Origin: Acidobacteriota bacterium
GTDB lineage: Bacteria > Acidobacteriota > Thermoanaerobaculia > UBA5066 > Gp7-AA6
NCBI GenBank assembly: GCA_050257975.1
Contig: JBLMXY010000024.1
Coordinates: 15,844-79,843, forward strand
DNA length: 64,000 nt
Reading direction: 5' to 3'
Under the pieces are notes generated by a model that ran no database searches, had not been told where the DNA came from, and saw only the letters and a program-made list of their open reading frames with translations. Made by a program: the position numbers and the translations under genes. Shown here one piece after another: positions 52,858-61,600 of the stretch (the first letter of the stretch is position 1; each line of letters begins with the position of its first letter).

Positions 52858-52992
52858 GCGTGGGGCTGTCGGACGCCTGCTCGGGAGCAGGCCGCGGCCA
52901 GCGCCCGTTTTCACCGTTTCCGGGCGCGAAGCGGGATCCCAAGCGCAACGGTGTCAGGATCCGGCGGTGCGGCTGCTCCCGGGCCGGGCGCT

Positions 52993-54285
52993 TCAATCCG
53001 CGGCGGCTCGCGCCCGTCGCCCCGAGACCCCGTGGACCGGATCCGCGGAATGTCTTTCTCCGCGTAGCACCTTCTCGACGACCCGATCGCTCTTCCCGTC
53101 CAGGGCGGCCGCTTCCAGCGCGGAATGGTCTTTCAGGACCTCGTCGCTCAAGGAGTCCTTCAGCCAGACCCGCTCGACGATCGGGTAGGCCGCGACGACC
53201 GGCAGGACGAGCAGCACCCCGGGAATGCCGAAGAGGCTCCCGCCGACAATCAGGGTCACGAGCACGGCCAGGCCCGACAGCCGCAGCCGCTTGCCGTACA
53301 CCCTCGGGATGATCACGTAGTTCTCGAGCAGGTGGTAGAGGCTGTAGAGGACGATCACGACGCCTGCGGTCAGCGGGGAAACCGTCAAGGCCAGAAGCGC
53401 GGCCGGCGCGGCGGAGACGATGAAGCCGAGGACCGGGATGACGTCGCCCGCCGCCGCAAGCAGCGCCAGCGGCACGGACGCCGGGACTCGCAGGATCGTC
53501 AGCACGGTGAAGGCGAAGAGCCCGTAGAGGAACGACGTCAGGATCTGTCCCTGAACGTACGCCACGACCACGTCCGAGACTTCCGGGATCGTCTCCGCCA
53601 TTTTCTTGCGATGCTCGCGGGGAACGTAGGCGAGAAGCCACGCGTAGACGCTCTTGCCGTCGAGCAGCAGATACAGCACCAGAACGAGCAGGAGCGCGCC
53701 GCCGGTCAGACCGACGACGGCCGCGCGGCCCCAGGCGAGCGGCCTCTTCAGGGACGCCGCGACCTCGGGAGACGAGGGGAGATCCAGGATCTGGACCGCG
53801 ACCTGCTTCAAGAAGGGATATTGCGTCGCGAGCTGGCCTTCGACGCGCTCGCGGTAGACGCGATAGTTGGACGCGAGCGCGGAGACCTGCGCCGTCAGGG
53901 ACGGAAGCACGAGCGCGAGGAATCCTCCGACGGCGGCGAGAAGGAGAACGCCGATGACGCCGACCGCGACCGCTCGCGACAGACCGCGCCGCTCCAGAAA
54001 GGAAACCGCAGGCGCCAGAGTGATTCCAAGCAGAATCGCCAGAACGAAGAGGAAGAGCTCGGGCAGAAGCCGCACCACGGCCCAGGCGAGAGTGACCGTC
54101 AGGAGGACCTTCACGATCGTGACCAGGGGCACGCGGATCTCGACCCGCCGCACGGGCCGCCCGGGGAGAGCTTCGACAGGGAGTTCGGACACGAGTTTCT
54201 TGCCCACGAGCGTCCGTGAAGCAAGAGCCGGGCCGGCTTTGAAGCGATCCTGGGTCCCTCGGTCGTCCTCGCCGAAGAATGGCAT
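52993..54285 (-). CDS. AI-2E family transporter (PerM/UPF0118)
   Basis: It is polytopic (8 TM segments) with typical AI-2E topology. The ATG at 54285 is the most upstream plausible start, and an internal GTG start is possible. Confidence 0.82.
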   Translation of the reverse strand: MPFFGEDDRGTQDRFKAGPALASRTLVGKKLVSELPVEALPGRPVRRVEIRVPLVTIVKVLLTVTLAWAVVRLLPELFLFVLAILLGITLAPAVSFLERRGLSRAVAVGVIGVLLLAAVGGFLALVLPSLTAQVSALASNYRVYRERVEGQLATQYPFLKQVAVQILDLPSSPEVAASLKRPLAWGRAAVVGLTGGALLLVLVLYLLLDGKSVYAWLLAYVPREHRKKMAETIPEVSDVVVAYVQGQILTSFLYGLFAFTVLTILRVPASVPLALLAAAGDVIPVLGFIVSAAPAALLALTVSPLTAGVVIVLYSLYHLLENYVIIPRVYGKRLRLSGLAVLVTLIVGGSLFGIPGVLLVLPVVAAYPIVERVWLKDSLSDEVLKDHSALEAAALDGKSDRVVEKVLRGERHSADPVHGVSGRRARAAAD

Positions 54286-54321
54286 GGCGAGCTTGTGCGT
54301 CGCGCCGACAGGCGCATCGGG

Positions 54322-54337
54322 TGGCACTGCGATTGCA
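54322..54337 (+). promoter_or_regulatory. sigma54-type promoter candidate (DUF11-like lipoprotein)
   Basis: TGGCACTGCGATTGCA is an exact consensus match, 44 nt upstream of the ATG at 54382. Confidence 0.7.
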
Positions 54338-54381
54338 CCCGGAGAGTCGCCGGCGGCCGTTCCCGCCGCCGAGGAGGTTCC

Positions 54382-54855
54382 ATGAGGTTCCCTGGATTGG
54401 CTCGTGTCGCGCTTCCCGCCGTTCTGCTCGCCGCCGCCGTGTCCTGCAAGGACAACAACGACGTGACGGGCGCCCCGGGCGCGTTCGGCTCCCTGACCGT
54501 GACCTGCCCCGACTCGGCCGTCTCCGGTCACGCCTTCAACGTGGACGTCAAGGCCCTGAACGTCGGGATCTCCGGCATCCACAACGGAATGGTCCAGATC
54601 ACGCTGCCGGCTCCTCTCTCGGTCAACGGTGTGACCGCTTCGCCCGGCACCTCGGCGACCTTCACGGCCGGCAGCGCGACCTGGACCCTGAACACGCTCG
54701 ACTCCAACACGCAGTCGACGCTCGCGATCGCGACGGTCGGCACTCTGCCGGCAGGCTCCCCCGCCCAGACGGCGAGGATCTCCGCGACGATGACGGCCGA
54801 CGGGATCAAGCCGGGAGACGCGACGGCCTTCAAGGACGTCCAGATCACGCCGTAG
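54382..54855 (+). CDS. Probable lipoprotein with DUF11-like Ig-fold domain
   Basis: 157 aa from the ATG at 54382 (GAGGAGG upstream), with a signal peptide ending AAAVSC and a beta-sandwich-like repeat pattern. Confidence 0.62.
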   Translation: MRFPGLARVALPAVLLAAAVSCKDNNDVTGAPGAFGSLTVTCPDSAVSGHAFNVDVKALNVGISGIHNGMVQITLPAPLSVNGVTASPGTSATFTAGSATWTLNTLDSNTQSTLAIATVGTLPAGSPAQTARISATMTADGIKPGDATAFKDVQITP

Positions 54856-55153
54856 GAGGGCGCGCGGTCCGGCCGTCGCGGACGATACCGCGATTCTTCA
54901 CCCTCTTCGGGCGCTCCTGAGCCTCGAGTCCCGGGCGATCGGGAGCGCGCGAAGAGATCCCGCAACAGCCTCATTCCTCCCGATTTTCCCGGCCGCACGC
55001 CGCGCTCGTCGATTCCTTCTCCGCCTGCCGGCCTTTCGGATCTCGGGCGAGCACGGCGACTTCTGATTCGTTCGCATCATGCCGCTCCCTCGAAGGCCCC
55101 GGAGACTCGGGAGTCGGGCAGCGCCGCAGAGCGCCTGCCCGGAGAGGGGTGGC

Positions 55154-56935
55154 ATGTCATCCAGGGATGTGACGGTCGCGATCGTCGGTTCCGGAGGAGA
55201 CGGTGTCGTGACGCTCGGAGACCTCGTGGCCCAGGTCGCGGCGCAGCAGGGTCTCCACGTCATCAAGACCGAGGCCTACGGGCCTCAGATTCGGGGAGGC
55301 GAGTCGTCCTGCACGGTCCGACTTTCCGCCCACGAGATTTTCTCGCAGGGCGGGACCGTGGACGTGCTCGCCGTATTCGGATGGGCGAACTACGCCCGGT
55401 TCCGCGGCGAGATCGCCGTCGCGCCGGACGCGCTGGTCCTGTACGAGGCCGCGGAACAACAGCCGCCGCCCGAGGAACTCGGCCTCCTGGGCGGCGAAAG
55501 CCTCCAGTGGCACCCGGTGCCCTTTGCCGAAATCGCCCGGACCGCGGCCGGATCGCCGGGCTCGAAGAACATCGTCACGCTGGGCATTCTCGGGGAGATG
55601 CTGGGTCTTCCCGCCGAAAGCCTGAAAAGGGCGATGGCCCGCCGGTTCGGCAAGAAGAAGGCGACGCTCCTCGAAGCAAACGAGCGGGCCCTGGAGGCCG
55701 GGCGGCAGTTCGCCGGCACGCAGGCCGAGTCCCTCTTCCGCCGGAAGCTCGACTACACGCCGTCCTCGCCGCGCCTGTTTCTCTCCGGCAACGAGGCGGC
55801 GGCGATCGGCGCGCTTCACGCCGGCTGCCGGTTCTTCGCCGGATACCCGATCACGCCGTCCTCCGAGATCCTCCACTTCCTGGCGGAGTGGATGCCCCGC
55901 GCGGGAGGCTCGGTTCTCCAGACGGAGGACGAGCTCGCGGCGATCGGGGCGATCATCGGCGCCTCCTTCGCCGGGGTCAAGTCCATGACGGCGACCTCGG
56001 GCCCGGGTCTCTCGCTCATGAGCGAGATGCTCGGCCTCTCCGCGATGGCGGAAGTGCCGATCGTCATCACCGACGTGCAGCGCGGCGGTCCCTCGACGGG
56101 AAACCCCACCAAGAGCGAGCAGTCGGATCTGATGCAGGCCCTGCACGGCACGCACGGCGACGCGCCCCGGGTCGTCCTCGCTTGCACCGACGTCGAGGAC
56201 TGCTTCCATGCCACGGTCGAGGCGTTCAACATCTCCGAGGAATTCCAGCTGCCGGTTCTCGTCCTCTCCGACCAGGCGGTCGGCCAGCGCAAGGAGACGG
56301 TCTCGGCCGACCGCTTCGTGCACGAGGTGCGCGACCGCATCCAGCCCGCCACGGAGGACCTCGAGACCTATGAGCGCTATCGCGACACGCCGAGCGGCGT
56401 CTCGCCGATGAGCATTCCCGGCACCCGCAAGGGCATGTACCAGACCAACGGGCTCGAGCACAATGCGCAGGGCCGGCCGGACTCCCAGTACCTCACCCAC
56501 GAGACCATGAACGCAAAGCGCTTCCGCAAGCTCTGGCCGGTCCGGGAGCGGTACCACACCTGCTGGCGGTACGGGCCGGAGCACGCGGAGGTCGGCGTCC
56601 TCTGCTGGGGCTCCTCCAAGGGAGCCGTTCGGGAGGCCGTCGCCGCCGCCAACGCGGGCGGCGCGAAGGTCGCCGCCTTCGTTCCGCAGGTGCTCTATCC
56701 CTTCCCGAAGAAAGACTTCGAACAGTTCCTGGCGAGCGTCGATTCGCTGCTCGTCGTCGAGCTGTCCTACACGGCGCAGTTCTACAAGTACCTGCGAACC
56801 TTCCTCGACCTTCCCGAGGGGCGAACGCGCGTCTTCAAACGATCCGGAGGAAAGGACCTGACCATGGAGGAGGTGGCCGGGGAGATCGAAAAGGCGCGGG
56901 CGGGGACGGCCGAGCGCGAGGAGGTGATCGCATGA
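55154..56935 (+). CDS. korA: 2-oxoglutarate (2-oxoacid):ferredoxin oxidoreductase subunit alpha
   Basis: 593 aa with fused gamma and alpha domains (VAIVGSGGDGVVTLGD...GGESSC; GYPITPSSEI; QRGGPSTGNPTKSEQSD). Confidence 0.92.
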   Translation: MSSRDVTVAIVGSGGDGVVTLGDLVAQVAAQQGLHVIKTEAYGPQIRGGESSCTVRLSAHEIFSQGGTVDVLAVFGWANYARFRGEIAVAPDALVLYEAAEQQPPPEELGLLGGESLQWHPVPFAEIARTAAGSPGSKNIVTLGILGEMLGLPAESLKRAMARRFGKKKATLLEANERALEAGRQFAGTQAESLFRRKLDYTPSSPRLFLSGNEAAAIGALHAGCRFFAGYPITPSSEILHFLAEWMPRAGGSVLQTEDELAAIGAIIGASFAGVKSMTATSGPGLSLMSEMLGLSAMAEVPIVITDVQRGGPSTGNPTKSEQSDLMQALHGTHGDAPRVVLACTDVEDCFHATVEAFNISEEFQLPVLVLSDQAVGQRKETVSADRFVHEVRDRIQPATEDLETYERYRDTPSGVSPMSIPGTRKGMYQTNGLEHNAQGRPDSQYLTHETMNAKRFRKLWPVRERYHTCWRYGPEHAEVGVLCWGSSKGAVREAVAAANAGGAKVAAFVPQVLYPFPKKDFEQFLASVDSLLVVELSYTAQFYKYLRTFLDLPEGRTRVFKRSGGKDLTMEEVAGEIEKARAGTAEREEVIA

Positions 56936-57807
56936 GCGAAGTCGAACTGCCGGTTCTCCAGCCGGCCGACTACAAGTCGGATCTGAAGCCCGTGTGGTGC
57001 GCCGGATGCGGCGACTACGGCGCGCTCGCGTCGCTGCACCGGGCCATGGCGAAGCTCCAGCTCGCTCCCTGGGACACGGTCGTGATCTCCGGGATCGGCT
57101 GCTCGTCGCGTCTGCCGGGCTACGTCTCGACCTACGGGTTCAACGGCGTTCACGGCCGCGCGTTGACACTCGCCAGCGGCGTCAAGGTCGCGCGGCCCGA
57201 GCTGAACGTCATCGCCGTCGGCGGCGACGGCGACGGCATCGCGATCGGCGGCAACCACTTCCTCCACGCGGCGCGGCGAAACCTCGACATCGCCTACTTC
57301 ATGATGGACAACGAGATCTATGGCCTCACGAAGGGCCAGGCGGCGCCGACCACGCCGGCGGGAGACAAGACCAAGTCGACCTACTGGGGCAACCCCGAGC
57401 CGCCGGTCGATCCGTGCGAGCTCGCGATCTCCTTCGGCGCGACCTGGGTCGGCCGCGGATTCTCGGGCGACCCGAAGACCCTCACCGAGCTGATGGCTCG
57501 CGCGATGCAGCATCGCGGTTTCGCCTTCCTGAACGTCCTCTCCCCGTGCGTGACGTGGCGCGGCGACGAGCAGTTCAAGCAGCTGAAGGCGAAGCTCGCC
57601 TTCGTCCCCGCGACGCACGATGTGGCGGACCGGACCGCGGCCCTGCGCTTCACGCGGGAGACCGACGTCCTGACGACCGGGGTTCTGTACGAAGTGAGGC
57701 AGCCGACGCTCCTCGAGCGCATGGAGGAAGTCCGCAAGAAGGCGGCGGAGGTCGGCGAGGTGACGAGCACGGCCCAGATTCTGGCGGCGTTCGCGCCGCC
57801 CGGCTGA
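56932..57807 (+). CDS. korB: 2-oxoglutarate (2-oxoacid):ferredoxin oxidoreductase subunit beta (TPP-binding)
   Basis: 291 aa with WCAGCGDYG, GIGCSSR and GGDGDGIAIGGNH...MDNEIYGLTKGQ. ATGA overlap with korA. Confidence 0.93.
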   Translation: MSEVELPVLQPADYKSDLKPVWCAGCGDYGALASLHRAMAKLQLAPWDTVVISGIGCSSRLPGYVSTYGFNGVHGRALTLASGVKVARPELNVIAVGGDGDGIAIGGNHFLHAARRNLDIAYFMMDNEIYGLTKGQAAPTTPAGDKTKSTYWGNPEPPVDPCELAISFGATWVGRGFSGDPKTLTELMARAMQHRGFAFLNVLSPCVTWRGDEQFKQLKAKLAFVPATHDVADRTAALRFTRETDVLTTGVLYEVRQPTLLERMEEVRKKAAEVGEVTSTAQILAAFAPPG

Positions 57808-57915
57808 GCCGGCGCTGGCCGCTCTTCTCCCTCCTTCCGGCGGGAGAGGGTCCGAACCGAAAAGGGTCGAGCGGATCGCTTGACCCCCTCGCCGGCGGGT
57901 AGACTTCCAGGCCGG

Positions 57916-58617
57916 ATGCCTTCCGATTCCGTTCTTTCGCTCGTCGTCTATGCGCCCGTCGTGGCAGGCGCAATCCTCGCGATTTTGTCGCCGACGAAGA
58001 AGGCCGCGAGGTGGGCGTGGGGGCTCCTCTTCGTCCTGATGGGAGTCGCGGCGTACCTCGCGCAGGCCGAGCAGGGCAGGCGAAGAGACGAGGCGGCGGC
58101 GAAGAACCGGGGCGAGCTGTCGAGCCAGATCGCCGGTCTGCGAGACCAGAACTCCAGGCTGCTCGGCGACCTCGAGAACGCTCGCAAAGAGATTGCCGCC
58201 CTCAAGGACAAGATCGAGGCCGAGCTGCCGAATCCACGACGGCTGTCAAAGAAGCAGACCGAGACGCTCGTCGCGGCGCTGCGTTCACACACTTCGATCG
58301 TCGTGATCCGGCATGCCCGGACAGCCGAGGCCCAGGAATACGCGGGGCAGCTCTCCGACGCGCTGACCAAGGCGGGCTGGATCCCCGGATTCGCAAGATT
58401 CGATCCTCGGCAGACCGACGCGGCCGGTGTGTACGTCGTCACGCATGCCGGGGCCGAGTCTTCGCCGGGCGCACTCGCTCTCACTCGGGCCCTGCGGCGA
58501 GCAGGGATCGCGGTGAAGACTCGCGTCGACGAGGAGAACATCGAGCCGTTGACCCTTTACGTCGGCATCCAGTCGGCGAGAGCGAAAAACGCCAACGTGA
58601 CTTCGGCGACGAGATAG
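57916..58617 (+). CDS. Hypothetical membrane protein with coiled-coil
   Basis: It has two N-terminal TM helices and then the coiled-coil NRGELSSQIAGLRDQNSRLLGDLENARKEIAALKDKIE. The track start at TTG 57880 is the alternative. Confidence 0.5.
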   Translation: MPSDSVLSLVVYAPVVAGAILAILSPTKKAARWAWGLLFVLMGVAAYLAQAEQGRRRDEAAAKNRGELSSQIAGLRDQNSRLLGDLENARKEIAALKDKIEAELPNPRRLSKKQTETLVAALRSHTSIVVIRHARTAEAQEYAGQLSDALTKAGWIPGFARFDPRQTDAAGVYVVTHAGAESSPGALALTRALRRAGIAVKTRVDEENIEPLTLYVGIQSARAKNANVTSATR

Positions 58618-58639
58618 CGGAGCCGGGCGCGCGCCGCCG

Positions 58640-61600
58640 TCAGCCGAGCACGACCGCGATCCGATGTTCGCGGCCATCGTCGGCGAGCGGGATCTCGCGG
58701 CCCGAGACGGGTCCGCCGTCGAGCGTGATACTCGTCACGCCGCGCATCGCGCCGCGGGGATTCTCGACCGACAGCCGGTAGCGGGCGGAGTGGTAGCGAA
58801 AGACGATCTCGTACCGGGGCCATGGGCGCGGAATGCAGGGATCCACGTGCAGCACCGCGCCGCGCAAGCGGAAGCCCAGGATCCACTCCACCCCGGCGCG
58901 ATACATCCAGCCGGCAGAGCCCGTGTACCAGCTCCAGCCGCCGCGCCCCGCGTGCGGACGCTCCGAATAGACATCGCCGGCCGTCACGTACGGCTCGACC
59001 TTGTAGCGATAGAGACCGGACCGCGTGCTCGCGTGGTTGATGGGGTTCAAGATCGCGAAGAGCTCGCCGGCCTTGTCTCCGTCGCCCAGGGCCGCGAATG
59101 CGATCATGGCCCAGACCGCGGCGTGCGTGTACTGGCCCCCGTTTTCCCGAACACCGGGCGCGTATCCCTTGATGTAGCCCGGCTCGAGCTTCGTTCGGTC
59201 GAACGGAGGCTTGAAGAGCAGAACGAGCCCGTCTCCCCGCCGGATCAGATGCTCGTCGACGGCCGCCATGGCCCGCCGGCCCCGCTCCGGATCGGCGGCG
59301 CCCGAGATGACTCCCCAGGACTGCGCGATCGAGTCGATCCGGCACTCGTCGTTGGTCGCGGATCCGAGCGGGGTCCCGTCGTCGAAGAAGGCGCGGCGAT
59401 ACCAGTCGCCGTCCCAACCCTCGCGATCGAGGGCGCTCTTCAATGATGCGGCGTGGCCGAGCCACGCGCTGGCGCGCTCGCTCTCTCCGCGGCGGGCGGC
59501 CAGTGCGGCGAACTCGACCAGGTTGGTGTGCAGGAACCAACCGAGCCAGACACTTTCGCCCCGACCCCCGACACCGACTCGATTCATCCCGTCGTTCCAA
59601 TCGCCGGTCCCCATCAAGGGCAGACCGTGGCGACCGACCGCGAGACTGCGGTCCAGGGCACGGGCGCAGTGCTCGAAGAGCGAGGCAACCTGGTCGGAGA
59701 TCTTCGGCTCGAAGTACCGATCGGTCTCCTCCTGCTCCAGAGGCGGGGCCGTGAGAAACGACACCGACTCGTCGAGCACGCCGTCATCGCCCGTGACCTC
59801 GACGTAGTGGCGCGTCGCATAGGGAAGCCAGAGGAGGTCGTCCGAGATTCGGGTCCGCACGCCCTTTCCGTCCGGGCCGTGCCACCAGTGCTGCACGTCT
59901 CCCTCCACGAACTGCCGTGACGCCGCGCGCAGCAGATGCTCGCGCGCCAGCTCGCGCCGCGCGACCGTGAACGCCATCGCGTCCTGCAGCTGGTCCCGGA
60001 AGCCCCAGGCGCCCGCCGCCTGATAGAAGCCGGAGCGGGCCCGGTAACGACAGGCGAGCGCCTGGTAGAGGAGCCAACGATTCAGCATCAGGTCCATCGA
60101 ACGATCCGGCGTGCGGACCTGAAGAGCGGACAGCGTGTCCTCCCATTCGCGACGAACCGCCGCCAGCTCCGCGTCGAGGTCGGCCGACCGGTAGCGCGCG
60201 ACCAGCCGCCGGGCGTCCTGCGTGTCGGCGCCCTGACCCAACAAGAATCGGATCTGCGCGCGCTCTCCCGGGTCCAGCCGCAGCCGCACCTGGAGAACGG
60301 CGCAGGGATCCAGGCGCGCACCGTCGCTCTGGGACAGCGCCAGTCCGGGAGCGAGCCCCGCCGGAGCATCCAGGCCGCCATTGCGCCCCAGGAACTCGGT
60401 TCGGTCGGCCGTCCACCCCGCCTGGCGGCCTCCGGCGTCCGCGAACGCGACGCGTCCCGCGTACGGCTCGTTCCAGAAGTTCCGCGCGAAGAGCGCTCCG
60501 GTCTCGTCGAGCTCGGTCACGATGAACGGGGCGCCAACACTGCGCTGCGGACCGAGAACCCACTCGGTGTAGGCGGTCACCGTCAGCGTCCGCGCCTGCC
60601 CCGATCGGTTCTCTAGGTTGAGGCGGGAGATCTTGACGGGATCTTCGCGAGGGACGAAGACGAGAAGCTCTGTCCCGATTCCGCGATGCTCGTGCTCGAA
60701 ACGGCTATACCCCTGACCGTGACGAACGACGTGCGAGCCTTCGTCCCGGATCGGGAGCGGCGTGGGGCACCAGATCTCCCCGTCTTGCTCGTCACGCACG
60801 AAGAAGGCCTCGCCGGACGAGTCGCTGACGGGGTCGTTCGACCATGGCGTGAGCTGGTTCTGGCGGCTGTTGCCCGACCACGTGTAACCCGCCCCGGATT
60901 CCGACACGAGACAGCCGAAGGTCGAGTTGGCCAGAACATTGATCCAGGGGGCCGGCGTCCATTGCCCCTCTCTCAGGATCGTGACGTATTCGGCGCCGTC
61001 GTCGGAGAAGCCGCCCAGACCGTTGAAGAACTCCAGGGGAATGCGCGGCGGAGGGACGTCCGTGGCAGGCGGCCGGGAGAGGATCGCCCGGGCGGGCCCC
61101 GTCGCGGGAGCGCGCCCCAGGAGACGGATGACCTGCTCCGACAACGTCCCGTGGCGTGAGAGCAGGATGGCCCGCGCGGCCGCGGCGAGCGCGTCGCGCT
61201 CTTCGCCGGAGAGCAGCTCGCCGCGCAGGACGAACACGTCGCCGGTCGGATTCTCCGCGGCGGCGCCCGACACCCGGGTCCCCGCGCGGACCAGAGACTC
61301 GAGCGCCGAGCCTAGCTCCGGAGAGTACGAGACAGGCTGCTCGTTGATGATGACCAGATCCACGCCCAGGCCCTTCAATCTCCAGTACTCGTGGGCGCGC
61401 AGAAGCTGGCGGACGATGCCCTGGTCCTCGACCTGGTCGATCCGGACGAGCACGATCGGCCGATCGCCGGAAATTCCGTGTCTCCAGAGAGCCGAAGGCC
61501 CCTTGCGATTGCGCTCGAGCGTCTCGGCGGGCGCCCGCAACGTGGGATCGGAGTACAGGATGCGGGTTCCCAGGCGCTGAAACAAATGCGCCTCGTCGCT

